DNA from: Nannocystis bainbridge
GTDB taxonomy: Bacteria > Myxococcota_A > Polyangia > Nannocystales > Nannocystaceae
Assembly (NCBI RefSeq): GCF_028368995.1
Contig: NZ_JAQNDL010000002.1
Coordinates: 1,504,001-1,568,000, forward strand
Length of the DNA: 64,000 nt
Direction: 5' to 3'
Both the position numbers and the translations under genes were made by a program. Under the pieces are notes generated by a model. The model made no database searches, was not told where the DNA came from, and worked only from the letters and a program-made list of their open reading frames with translations. Shown here one piece after another: positions 41,006 to 50,485 of this stretch. Each line of letters begins with the position of its first letter. Within the stretch, counting starts at the first letter, position 1.

Positions 41006-41251
41006 CTACCGCTCGGAGTCGTCCGGGGCAGCGAGGCCGAGCTCGCGGAGATGGGCCTCGGCCGCGGCGACGAGAACGTCGAGCGGGACGCGGGCCCGGC
41101 CGTGGTGGGCGGCGTACCAGGGGTGCGGGGGGTAGCTGCACACCAGACAGGTGCCGTCGTCGTCGGCGATGGCGGCGGGGGCCTCGGGGTTACGGCTGGT
41201 GCCTCGGCAAACGGGGCACGGGACCAGGACGGTGGAAGGTAGGGGGCTCAC
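41006..41251 (-). CDS. small Zn-finger-like protein
   Basis: CPVC...CLVC. Confidence 0.45.
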   Translation of the reverse strand: MSPLPSTVLVPCPVCRGTSRNPEAPAAIADDDGTCLVCSYPPHPWYAAHHGRARVPLDVLVAAAEAHLRELGLAAPDDSER

Positions 41252-41338
41252 ATCCCTAGGTTAGCGGCGTGTCCTGTAGCGCCTTCGGCGCGCCGAATAT
41301 CGGTGGGCGCTGGCGTCTACCTCAGCGAGGTGGGAGTG

Positions 41339-41548
41339 ATGCGCGTGCGGTACCGGGGAAGCGGGGCGCAATGGGGCGACGGGGGAGAATTCCACGGCTG
41401 GCAGGTCTGGCGCCCAGGGGAGCAGTTTTGGAGGGCGCCGCGAGCGGACGACGAACGGGCAGCGCTGCGGCGCTGCTTGGCGCTGGCGTCCCCGGCGGCC
41501 TTCCGCGGGCCTCGCGGGGCCGAGGTCGACGTCGAGCCAGCGCCGTGA
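41339..41548 (+). CDS. small hypothetical protein
   Basis: GGGAG RBS before ATG; Trp-rich 69 aa. Confidence 0.45.
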   Translation: MRVRYRGSGAQWGDGGEFHGWQVWRPGEQFWRAPRADDERAALRRCLALASPAAFRGPRGAEVDVEPAP

Positions 41549-41587
41549 GCCGCTGGGCGGTGGCCGGCTTATCGGCGAGGTGCATCC

Positions 41588-44500
41588 ATGGCCGACCAGA
41601 TCGACCGGATCATCGCCTCGGCGCGCGACGCGGCCCTCGACATCCGCAAGAGCTACACCGCCAACGACGCGCTGGCTCTCCTCGGGATCCGAGCGGCAAG
41701 CGACCGTGACGCCGAGTCGCTGTGGAGCGCCGTCTACGACGCCACGCGGATCTGGTTGAACGACAGGCCGAACGCCACCCGCGGGTCGCCCGCTTGGGAC
41801 GACCTCCGACGCGCAGCCCGCGAGGCGGCGCGGGCCGGGGAGCCGAGGACCGACGAGGCCGCGCGCGCCGCGGCCGAGCGCTTCAAGTTGAAGGGTCGCG
41901 CGCCCCTGCGCCTGTGGTTCGCGGCGTATCGCGCCGAAGAGCAGGAGCGGAGGCTGCGGGCGAGGCCGGAGCGGATAGCCGAGGAGGCGAGCGCGCTCGC
42001 CGACGACGCGGTCGAACGCGCCGCGCAGCTGGGGCGCGACTGGGCAGCCGAGGAGCGCGAGCGCCGGCTCGCCCGCTATCAGCGATGGCTCGAGGCGCTC
42101 ACGCCGTTGGAGCTGATCGACTTCGTGACGCTGCTCGGGCGGAGCCCAGCGGCGGCGCGGAGCAAGGTCGGCGTCGTGGTGCCCGAGGGCGGCTCGTGGA
42201 TCTTGGACGAGGCCGTCCGCGCCGAGTATGCGCGCCGACGCGTTGGGTTCCCCGGATCGCCGGAGTCCCGCCACGCTCTGCTCGCACAAGACCCCAGGCG
42301 CAAGGGCGTTGTTCTCTCGCCCGAGAAGCGGGCCGCGCTCGCCGAGGCGGAGGTCTTGCGCCGCCGGATCGACGAACTCCGCACGCGCGTGCAACGGGCA
42401 CCGATGCCGGGCGGCCCGGGGCTGATGTTCGATCCGGCCGGAGCGCTCGCCGGCTATGCCGAAGAGTTGCCGGACGAGGTCATGGCCTACGGCCATCGCA
42501 CGTCCGAGGACTTGCGCGACCTCGTCGCGCAAGTCACCGAGGATGTCGACGACATCGAGCGGCGGTATGCCAAGCCCGCACCGACACCACCGCCGACTGC
42601 CCGGATCGAACCGCCAGCACCAGCGAACGAGCCTGCCGAGGCCGCCCTGCTCGACAAGCCGATCCTCGTGCCGGGCGAAGCGTGGCGGTACGAGGAAGGC
42701 GCCGACGGCTGGGATACGCCCTGGCGGCCGGTGACGCTGCGGCCAGGCGAAGGCGACGGCGCCCTCTATCAGGGGCTTACCAGCGTTAGCGGCGGAGGCG
42801 AAGGGCCCAAGGGCAGCTTCCACCTGTTCGAGTGGCCAGACGGCCAGCGGGCAGCGCAACGGGCCGGCATGAGCCCGCCGAGCCGGGACTACCGCGATCG
42901 CTCGTGGCGGGTCGCGCAGCGCAAGGAGAAGAACGTGGCAAAAGAGGGTTTCTCGCTCGATGTGCAGGACGGCCGGCGCCGCCGCGGCGCCGAACAACCG
43001 GGGTTGCAAGGGCTCGACGTGCCGGTCGACACGCGCGACCTGTACGAGCGGAAGGTGCGCGGGATGGCGGCCAAGGCGGGGCAGCGGCTGGGGATCAAGG
43101 GGTACAACGAACGCATGCGGGCCGCCGGGCTGCCGCCGGTGCGTACCCAGGGCGACGCCGAACGCGAGCAGCCCGCGCCCGCCGCTCCAACGCTAGCGAC
43201 ACCTGCGATACCTGCGACACCTGCGACACCGGCGATCGCGTCGAGAGGAAAGCGCGGGGCGAAGAAGCCGACCCCCGCGAGCGAGGCCGCGGCCAAGGCG
43301 AAGACCGCCCCGATGCCCGCGACGGCGTCGACGGCGTCGACGGCATCGAGGGGGAAGCGAGGGGCGAAGAAGCCGACGACACCGCCCGCGCTCAAGCCGA
43401 CGCCCGCGAGGGCGAAGCGGGCTCCGAAGCTACGGGCGGAGGTGGTGGCGGCCATGCCTGCCCTGCTAGCTCAGGAGGACGCCGCCGCGTTCGGGCCGGT
43501 CGACTGGTCGGGGGTGGGGATCACCGATCGCGTACGGGAGCACGCGGTGAAAATCGGGTTCGCGCACCTGGTCGACGACCCGCACCACTTCGGGCCCCGC
43601 TACCAAAGCACCCCGCTCGGGCGCGAGGCTGTGGGAGCGGGCCGGGGCGTCGAGGTCACGGCTTGCTGCGGCAACTGTGCCAGCGGCGCGGCGTGTTCGC
43701 TGGAGACCCCCTCCTCTGCCCCGGCCGCCGGGCAGGCCGCGAAGAAGAAGACCGCGAAGAAGAAGGCCGCGAAGAAGAAGACCGCGAAGAAGAAGGCCGC
43801 GAAGAAGAAGACCGCGAAGAAGTTGCCCAGGCCCGCCGCGACGAGGTCTGCGGGCGATGCGTGCCCGAGGAAGCCCGGCGCGATCGGGCGGCTCGTGGAC
43901 CGCTACACGCGGATCCTGCTGCGTCGTTCGAGCGCCCTCAAGACGCGGCAGGCGAACCGGCGCGACACCCTGGTCGCCAAACAACAGGCACGCGAGCGCG
44001 ACCTGGCGGGCCGGCAGACCGGCGGGCCAGCGACCCGGGCGAAAGCCGAGCGGCGCCTGAAGGTCGCGGAGAGGAAGCACGCGCAGCAGCGGCGCGCGCT
44101 CGAAGCACGTGACCGCGCCGAGCTCGACGCGCTCAAGGCCGGGGTGGAATGCCAAGTCCTCGGCAAAGCTCGCGTCGCGAACATCGTCCGACAGGGATGC
44201 GAGGACCTGTGCACGCTGAACATCGACGGGGGCATCGGCGGGGACAAGACCGCCGTCGCCCTCCCCTCCTCGCGCAGCGCGCCGCGGACGTTGCCCGCGC
44301 GATACGTCCTGGTGTCGGCCGCGTCTCTGATCGCCAGCCACGACCCGATCACCTTCGACCCCCGCGCTGATTACCCGAGCAAGGTGCAAGAACGACGCTA
44401 CGACCGCGACAATCTGGAAAAGGGGAAGGTGATCCAGGTCGCGCAGAACATGATCCCTGCCCTCCTGCAGAACACCGACATCGGCGCAGCCAACGGTACG

Positions 44501-45430
44501 CCGGTGGTGACGCCGAGGCGTCTCGTGCTCAGCGGCAACGGGCGCACCATGGGGACCCAGCGGCACTATCTGAGCGGCCGCCGCGTGCTGGCGGACTGGC
44601 TCGAACGCCACGCGGCGCAGTTCGGGATCGATCCCCGGGCCGTGAAGGCGATCAAGGACCCGATCGTCGTCCGCGTGATCGATGTGCCGCAAGCGGATTT
44701 CGGTCGGCTCGTGCGCGACGCCAACGTCTCGCTGACTCAGAGCATGGCCGCCGATGTCGAGGCGGCCGCGCTCGCGCGGCAGCTGCCCGCCGACGTGCCG
44801 CGCCTGCTCCGTGACGGAGGGGCCGACGACGGGCTCGCCGAGTATCTCGGCAGTCGGGCCAGCCTCCCCCTGGTCGGGGCGCTCGAACGTAGCGGCTATC
44901 TCACCAGCTCGAACCGCGGGCGCCTGCTCGGCGCGGACGGACTCTTGAGCAGCGACGGTCGCGCGGACCTCGAGCGAATGCTCGTCGCGGCGGTGCTGCC
45001 CGTCGAGGTCGTCGAGCGGTCGCCCGAGCTCGCCAAGGCCCTCGATCGCTCCGCGGTCTCATGGCTCGCAGCGGCCGGGGCGGGTCCGGATTGGGACGTG
45101 CGCGCCGACCTGGCCGCCGCCGCGGAGGACTATCTCTCCCTCCGCTCGAGCCGCTCCTGCCTCGCACAGTGGCAAGAGCAGGGGGCGCTAGTGCAGCGCG
45201 CGACCGAGGGGCGGCCCATGGCCCGGGCGATGTTAGAAGTCCTCGACCTGGCCGCGGCCCGGCCCGTGGTGTTCGGCCGGATCGCGCAAGCGTTCGCCGC
45301 GGCCAGCCGTGAGGGCGGCGGCTTGTTCGCCAGCGTCGACCCGCTCGAAGCGCTCAAGGCCGCCGCAGCCGCGAACAACGCACCGACCGAACGCGCGTCG
45401 TCGCGGCGGCGCTGCCGAAAGGCTGCGTGA
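41588..45430 (+). CDS. large polyvalent protein with histone H1-like repeats and a ddrB-like ParB domain
   Basis: (A/T)AKKK x6 at ~43736-43822; ARYVLVSAASLIASHD...YPSKVQERRYDR...GTPVV...VLSGNGRTM...PIVVRV resembles the ddrB-ParB domain of phage polyvalent proteins. Confidence 0.75.
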   Translation: MADQIDRIIASARDAALDIRKSYTANDALALLGIRAASDRDAESLWSAVYDATRIWLNDRPNATRGSPAWDDLRRAAREAARAGEPRTDEAARAAAERFKLKGRAPLRLWFAAYRAEEQERRLRARPERIAEEASALADDAVERAAQLGRDWAAEERERRLARYQRWLEALTPLELIDFVTLLGRSPAAARSKVGVVVPEGGSWILDEAVRAEYARRRVGFPGSPESRHALLAQDPRRKGVVLSPEKRAALAEAEVLRRRIDELRTRVQRAPMPGGPGLMFDPAGALAGYAEELPDEVMAYGHRTSEDLRDLVAQVTEDVDDIERRYAKPAPTPPPTARIEPPAPANEPAEAALLDKPILVPGEAWRYEEGADGWDTPWRPVTLRPGEGDGALYQGLTSVSGGGEGPKGSFHLFEWPDGQRAAQRAGMSPPSRDYRDRSWRVAQRKEKNVAKEGFSLDVQDGRRRRGAEQPGLQGLDVPVDTRDLYERKVRGMAAKAGQRLGIKGYNERMRAAGLPPVRTQGDAEREQPAPAAPTLATPAIPATPATPAIASRGKRGAKKPTPASEAAAKAKTAPMPATASTASTASRGKRGAKKPTTPPALKPTPARAKRAPKLRAEVVAAMPALLAQEDAAAFGPVDWSGVGITDRVREHAVKIGFAHLVDDPHHFGPRYQSTPLGREAVGAGRGVEVTACCGNCASGAACSLETPSSAPAAGQAAKKKTAKKKAAKKKTAKKKAAKKKTAKKLPRPAATRSAGDACPRKPGAIGRLVDRYTRILLRRSSALKTRQANRRDTLVAKQQARERDLAGRQTGGPATRAKAERRLKVAERKHAQQRRALEARDRAELDALKAGVECQVLGKARVANIVRQGCEDLCTLNIDGGIGGDKTAVALPSSRSAPRTLPARYVLVSAASLIASHDPITFDPRADYPSKVQERRYDRDNLEKGKVIQVAQNMIPALLQNTDIGAANGTPVVTPRRLVLSGNGRTMGTQRHYLSGRRVLADWLERHAAQFGIDPRAVKAIKDPIVVRVIDVPQADFGRLVRDANVSLTQSMAADVEAAALARQLPADVPRLLRDGGADDGLAEYLGSRASLPLVGALERSGYLTSSNRGRLLGADGLLSSDGRADLERMLVAAVLPVEVVERSPELAKALDRSAVSWLAAAGAGPDWDVRADLAAAAEDYLSLRSSRSCLAQWQEQGALVQRATEGRPMARAMLEVLDLAAARPVVFGRIAQAFAAASREGGGLFASVDPLEALKAAAAANNAPTERASSRRRCRKAA

Positions 45431-45479
45431 GCATGGTCGGGTGAGTGGGCGCGCGAGTAGCGAGCGGCGAGGGAGGTTC

Positions 45480-45917
45480 ATGCGTCCCTGCCGCAAACTC
45501 ATCCCTTCCGCCGTCACGCTCGCCGGCCTGGGCGCTGGCCTCGCCGGCGCCTGGCTCATCGCTCACGGCCAGCCCGTCGCCGCGCTGTTCGTGCTCGGGC
45601 TCGGGCAGATCTTCGACCTCCTCGACGGGTGGCTCGCGCGCCGGTTCGGCGCCGTGAGCGACATCGGGGCCCGGCTGGACTGGTCGTGCGACTGCGCAGT
45701 CGCCGTCGCTGTTTACGTCGCGCTCGGGTGCTGGGCCGGCGTCGTCCTCGCCGCGCTCCTGCAAGCGCTCACCTGGAGCGGGGTCACCAGCTCGCCCTCG
45801 CGGATCTCGGGCCGCTCCGGTGCCGTCGTCCTCGCACTCGCGTTCGTGGCGCTCGGCCTGGTGCCCGCGTCCGGCCCCCTCGACTTCTCGCTGCGCTGCA
45901 GCCTGGGGGCCCCGTGA
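45480..45917 (+). CDS. CDP-alcohol phosphatidyltransferase family protein
   Basis: IPSAVTL, DLLDGWLARRFGAVSDIGARLDWSCD = DxxDGxxAR...GxxxDxxxD signature; GGGAGG RBS. Confidence 0.85.
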   Translation: MRPCRKLIPSAVTLAGLGAGLAGAWLIAHGQPVAALFVLGLGQIFDLLDGWLARRFGAVSDIGARLDWSCDCAVAVAVYVALGCWAGVVLAALLQALTWSGVTSSPSRISGRSGAVVLALAFVALGLVPASGPLDFSLRCSLGAP

Positions 45918-46042
45918 GCGACGGTGAAGGGCCGATCGAAGCCGCGGGCCTGATGCTCATCACGGCCGCGTCGGTAGCGACGCTGATCGTCTTGGCGGTC
46001 TTATACGCGTACGCGTACGCGGCCTGTGCGCCGTGTACGTAA
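45914..46042 (+). CDS. small single-TM protein
   Basis: GTG overlaps the upstream TGA; LMLITAASVATLIVLAVLY. Confidence 0.5.
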   Translation: MSDGEGPIEAAGLMLITAASVATLIVLAVLYAYAYAACAPCT

Positions 46043-46155
46043 TCCCGTCGCCGGTCCGGGTCCCGCTTGCGCCGGTCGCCGTCCTACTGGCGCTTGCGGC
46101 GTTCGGCGGCGTGTTCGCGCTTGATCAGCCGGCGCTGTCGACAGACGATCCGGGC

Positions 46156-46536
46156 ATGCGTCACCACCAGCTGGCCGCCGCCGCGTTCCTGCTCCTGCCG
46201 TCCTGCAACGACACGCCCCAGGAGGCTGCGCCGGGCTCCGCACAGGAGGGCGAAGCGTGCGACGACCAGGTGCCCCCCGAAAAACAGCTCTGCGGCGCTG
46301 GCCTCGTCTGTTACAGCGTCGGCGCGCTCGACTTCCAAGGCTATTGCGCGCCCGCCTGCCCAGCGACCGGCTGCGACCCGGTAGAGGGCCTGTCAACTGT
46401 CTGCGACGCCGGCGCCTGCGTTCTGCAGTGCGAAGGGCCCGAAGCCCCCTGCCCGGCCGTATACGACGTCGCGCTGTTCTGCTTCGGCTCTACCTGCTCG
46501 CTCGACATGAGCGAGGACAACCCGACGGCGAGTTAG
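46156..46536 (+). CDS. Cys-rich lipoprotein
   Basis: LLLPSC lipobox; many Cys; start could be 46033. Confidence 0.65.
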   Translation: MRHHQLAAAAFLLLPSCNDTPQEAAPGSAQEGEACDDQVPPEKQLCGAGLVCYSVGALDFQGYCAPACPATGCDPVEGLSTVCDAGACVLQCEGPEAPCPAVYDVALFCFGSTCSLDMSEDNPTAS

Positions 46537-46570
46537 TGGGCGCTGGGCCGCTCGGCGGCGAGGTGAAGGG

Positions 46571-48577
46571 GTGAAACTCGACCCCGGATCGATGCTTCTG
46601 GAAGCCTGCCCGGAGCGCTTCGAGTCGTTCTTCCCGACCGAGGACATCGCCTTCGATAGTCAGTTGACGGCGCTCCTGGAGGTGGCCGGCGGGCAAGACG
46701 CGTTTGCGACGATCGGGCAGGAGCTTCTCGCGCGAGCGGGCGCGCTCGCGTGGCGCGACGCCCAGGCGCTCATCAACCGAGCGAAGGCAACTGTCCTCGG
46801 GGACATCCCGCAGGACTGGATGCCCGCCGTCGCGTGGATGCAGCAGAGCGGCGTGGACCGGATCGCTCGCGGGCTTTGGGCGGCTGTCGCGTTCCCGAGC
46901 TCGGAGAATACGACGGCGCTCGTCGACGCGGCGATCGGCGTCGGGCTCGACATGGCGACCCGCGCCCTCGGGGCCGTGCCGATCGTGGGGATCATCGCTC
47001 AGGCCGCGGTGGCGTTCGGGCGGGCGCTCTTCCGGGCGTGGACTGACAAGGACGTAACGCCCGCGGAGCGTCGCTATCAACTGCCGTGGGCCCGCTACAT
47101 GCGAGGCAACGACGAGGAGATCGTCCAGAAGTTCCTGATCGATATCTACGGCGAGCGCGTCGACTGGACCCCGATCTGGGCGCCCCCGACCGAGGTGGAT
47201 GTGCCGTGGGTGCTCGCTGACGGCGTCGACCAGGGCAAGGTGATCGGCAAGATGTTCGCGCCGCTCAAGAAGGGCGAGGTCGCTTGGAACGGCTCGGGGC
47301 TCGGGGCAGTGCCAAACACCCTGCGCGTCGTCGGCTTGATTCAGAGTCGCCCTGCCCCCCCCCACGCGCCTAAGCTGCTCCGCTTCTGGAATCACGGGGG
47401 CGTCATGCAGTGGGGCCCCAGCCTCACGCAGACCGGAGATTTTCGGCCCGCGCAGTCCCAGGCATCCGGCCAGCTGTGGCAGCAGGCCGCGGCCGTCGGT
47501 AACCCGGACATGTACAAGATCGACGCGAAGAGCCTGGAGACCAGTTGGAAAGACTGGTTTGACGGGTTCTTCGCGTCGGTGTGGAAGCTTGCCGAGGGCG
47601 ACGAATGGCTGGGCGACCTCGCCGCGCCGTACATCGTGAGCGAGCGCTTCGGGCAGCTGCGGCTCGGGATGTCCTGGCGTGCGCGCCCCCAGCCGGCGCC
47701 GCTCGTGTGGCCGGGCATCGTCACTGAGGGGCCGGCGCGGCCGAGCGCCCGGAACATCTGCCTATGGGCGGAGGAGGATGTCCCAAAGGACATCCGCGCT
47801 GGCGAGTCGTCCGATACGTTCTGGTGGCCCTGGAGGTCCGAGCCCGAGCAGACGCTCATCGGCCAAGACTACAAGATCGTTGACGGCCACCTCGCGTCAA
47901 GCGGCCCCGTGCGGTTGCCGAACCAGCTCCCGAAAGGGTGGCGCTGCCACGGGTGGCCCTCGGGTGAAGAACTCCTTACGCCCTATCACTGGCCCTACGA
48001 GTCGATCGTGGGCCCCGCGCTCGCGCACCTGCGGAAGCTGCAGCGCGAGTGCCTGTTCCGTACGTTCGTCGCCGCGTACGTGCGGCCGCTCGATCTGCCC
48101 GGCAGGCCGCGCCATGGGGCGTTCAAGGATAAGGATCTGCAGGCGCGGTGCATCGAGGCCCGGGCCGCGTTGCTCAAGTCGCCGCAGCGGTTCCTGGTCA
48201 GCTACACCGACGCCAAGCTGGCCGATCCGGAGTACGCCGAGCTCTTGGCGGCTGCCGGTGTGCCGACAACGGAGGTCGCTCGCCAGGCCGCGCTGCGGCA
48301 ATTCGCAGCGAAGGGGGGCGCAGGCGGGGCCATCGATCCGAACCCCGCGCCGCTGCCTCCCCCGCTCGCGCCGCAGGGCGGGGTCGCTTTCGGCGCTGAC
48401 GAACCCGGCGGCGTCGAGCCGAACCAGCCGGGCCCAGGCCCAGGCGGCAAGGGCTCGGGCGGCTCGGGCGGCTCGGGCGGCGGCTCGGGCCGTTCGGGCG
48501 CCGCGGGCCTCTTGGTGGCCGCGCCGCTCGCCATGATGGTCTTGAACAAGATGGCCGCGCGTCGAAAGGGAGGGTGA
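46571..48577 (+). CDS. large hypothetical protein with C-terminal membrane anchor
   Basis: 668 aa; LGAVPIVGIIAQAAVAFG amphipathic segment; Gly/Ser linker, then GLLVAAPLAMMVLNKMAARRK. Confidence 0.75.
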   Translation: MKLDPGSMLLEACPERFESFFPTEDIAFDSQLTALLEVAGGQDAFATIGQELLARAGALAWRDAQALINRAKATVLGDIPQDWMPAVAWMQQSGVDRIARGLWAAVAFPSSENTTALVDAAIGVGLDMATRALGAVPIVGIIAQAAVAFGRALFRAWTDKDVTPAERRYQLPWARYMRGNDEEIVQKFLIDIYGERVDWTPIWAPPTEVDVPWVLADGVDQGKVIGKMFAPLKKGEVAWNGSGLGAVPNTLRVVGLIQSRPAPPHAPKLLRFWNHGGVMQWGPSLTQTGDFRPAQSQASGQLWQQAAAVGNPDMYKIDAKSLETSWKDWFDGFFASVWKLAEGDEWLGDLAAPYIVSERFGQLRLGMSWRARPQPAPLVWPGIVTEGPARPSARNICLWAEEDVPKDIRAGESSDTFWWPWRSEPEQTLIGQDYKIVDGHLASSGPVRLPNQLPKGWRCHGWPSGEELLTPYHWPYESIVGPALAHLRKLQRECLFRTFVAAYVRPLDLPGRPRHGAFKDKDLQARCIEARAALLKSPQRFLVSYTDAKLADPEYAELLAAAGVPTTEVARQAALRQFAAKGGAGGAIDPNPAPLPPPLAPQGGVAFGADEPGGVEPNQPGPGPGGKGSGGSGGSGGGSGRSGAAGLLVAAPLAMMVLNKMAARRKGG

Positions 48578-48580
48578 CTC

Positions 48581-48727
48581 GTGTTCGACCTGGACCCCGG
48601 CCGTAGGCTCGCGGAGACCGTCCCACCAGCTCGGATGACCCCAGCGCGAGCCAGCCCCGCGGCCCTCGTGGCGCTCCTTTGCGGCGCCGTGGTGCTGGTC
48701 CGGCTGGTGCGGTCCGCCCGACGGTGA
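48581..48727 (+). CDS. small C-terminally anchored protein (48 aa)
   Basis: GGAGG RBS; AALVALLCGAVVLVRLVRSARR; below the ORF-track length cut-off. Confidence 0.45.
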   Translation: MFDLDPGRRLAETVPPARMTPARASPAALVALLCGAVVLVRLVRSARR

Positions 48728-49007
48728 TCAGAGGCCAAACTCGGCGAGAGCCCGCTCGACGGCCTACCGCCGCCAGCTTTTGCGTTGGCGTCACCGACAG
48801 CCGCTGTGGCGGCGACGCAGACGCCGGCTCATGCCGACGGCCATAACGAGGTCCTCGATCAGCCCGACCTCGTCGAGCTCTTCGGGTTCGGAGGCGAACA
48901 GATGGAAGGCCACCCTCAGCAGGCGCCAGGTGCTGCGGAGGCGGTGGAAAACTGGGCTCTCGGGGCGCTGCCGCCCACGGCGATTGGTTGGTTCAGGCAC
49001 GACCGAG

Positions 49008-49104
49008 ATACCGACCGGGCCCCCCTCTCGCGCCGTCGACCAGCGGCCTTCCGGGATATACCGACCGGGCCCCCCTTCGCGCCGATGACCAGCGGGCCCT
49101 CCGG
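49008..49104. repeat. two-copy 50-bp-period direct repeat
   Basis: ATACCGACCGGGCCCCCC..CGCGCCG..GACCAGCGG..C.TCCGG at 49008 and 49058. Confidence 0.7.
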
Positions 49105-49295
49105 TCACTTGGGGGGGCGGCCAGTCTGAGCTTGGTCATGCGGCGCCGCATTGCGTGCCGAGTGACCCCCAGCAATGCGGCGGCGCCGACGACAGAACCC
49201 GCACGCTTGAGCGCGAGCTCGCAGAGCCGGCGCTCGGCCGCCCGGAGGTTGAGATTGTCCAGTTGGATCGGTGCGGGCGGCGAGGTCTCGTCCAT
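49105..49295 (-). CDS. stand-alone Fis-like HTH protein (likely 1-bp slip in a G-run near the 3' end)
   Basis: LNLRAAERRLCELALKRAGSVVGAAALLGVTRHAMRRRMTKL; the paralogous CCCAAGTGA stop at 49105 is out of frame by one G, otherwise the ORF runs to 48993. Confidence 0.7.
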
Positions 49296-49329
49296 GCTCG
49301 GTGGACTCGGCCTCGCTGGCCGCCGATTC

Positions 49330-49803
49330 TCACTTGGGCCGGGGCTTCTCCAGCTCCAGCTTGACCATCAGGCGCCTCAGCGCGTGACGGGTGATGCCCA
49401 GGAGAGCCGCGGCGCCGACCAGCGAGCCCGCGCGCTCGAGGGCCTCCTGGCAGAGGCGACGCTCGGCGGCGCCGAGGTCGAAGCCGTCCAGCTCGACCCG
49501 GACCGGCTCAGGCTCAGGCGCGGGCTCGGCGGTCGCGTCGTCCAAGATCGGCGGCGAGGGAACGCCGAAGCCATGGCGCACGAGCTCGGCGATCGCCCCC
49601 AGCGAGGCCCCCTGTTCGAGTTGCGCGCGAATCCAGCGGGCGCGCTCGATAGCCCAAGGCGACCAGCGGTTGCGGTTGGCACCTCGGTCGCGGGGGTCGG
49701 GCATGAGCCCGAGCGCGACCCAGCAGTGCAGATCGGCGTCGTCGTCCGTCCTGGCTGCCTCGCGGATCTCGGTTTGAGTGGCGAAACTGGCAGAATGCTG
49801 CAC
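49330..49803 (-). CDS. MerR-like HTH fused to Fis-like HTH
   Basis: LHCWVALGLMPDP...NRWSPWAIERARWIRAQLEQGASLGAIAELV plus FDLGAAERRLCQEALERAGSLVGAAALLGITRHALRRLMVKL. Confidence 0.72.
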   Translation of the reverse strand: MQHSASFATQTEIREAARTDDDADLHCWVALGLMPDPRDRGANRNRWSPWAIERARWIRAQLEQGASLGAIAELVRHGFGVPSPPILDDATAEPAPEPEPVRVELDGFDLGAAERRLCQEALERAGSLVGAAALLGITRHALRRLMVKLELEKPRPK

Positions 49804-49964
49804 GAATGTGCAGTGCCACGGCGGCAGGATGGCGATCCAGCGCTGCGTCGGCGCGGAAGCTGTTCCCGCCCACGCGCCGGAGGCGCAAGGCGTGACATCG
49901 CGCAGCGCGACACGCGACCTTCGAGGATGACGCGGCGCGGCGTCCGCCCGTATCCTCGGGACCT

Positions 49965-50381
49965 ATGAAGCACGCGATCCTGATCCTCACCTCGGTGGTG
50001 CTCGGCGCCTGTGACCCCGAGATCGAGCCCGGCCTCGAGGCCGAGATCGTCGATGTCGACGCCTCGCTACCCCTAGCGGCTCGTCCGTCTGACGATTTTA
50101 TCGCCCTGGAGTGGTCGCTCGCGGCGAAGATCGACGCCCAGCTCGGCCGCGATGCCTTCGTCGGAATCGGCGAGCCTCCGCGCCCGATCGAGAAATTCCG
50201 CCTCCCGGAATACGAGGATGAGACGGAACTGGTCCACTGCGAGGACAACGGCAAGGCGTCGTGCTTCTGTTTCGGGGTTACGAGCTGTAAGAGCGCGCGG
50301 TGGGCCTCGGTCTGTGCGCCTGGCACGGAGGACTGCGGCATCGTCTCCTGCACGTGCGACTGGAAGCCTCCGCAGAAGTGA
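49965..50381 (+). CDS. Cys-rich lipoprotein
   Basis: VLGAC lipobox; C-terminal Cys cluster. Confidence 0.72.
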   Translation: MKHAILILTSVVLGACDPEIEPGLEAEIVDVDASLPLAARPSDDFIALEWSLAAKIDAQLGRDAFVGIGEPPRPIEKFRLPEYEDETELVHCEDNGKASCFCFGVTSCKSARWASVCAPGTEDCGIVSCTCDWKPPQK

Positions 50382-50485
50382 GCGAGCCGCGTCCACGGGG
50401 CGCCCCGCAGAGCAAAGACCGTCGCGCCGCGCGTCGAGCGCGAAGATGCGTGACATCGCGCGCCGCGCCGCGCTACCCTCGGAGG

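Noticed and set aside
36457-48727. Tailed-phage head/tail operon or contractile injection system
   Set aside because: No terminase Walker motifs, portal, sheath, tube, tape measure or baseplate-like sequences recognised.
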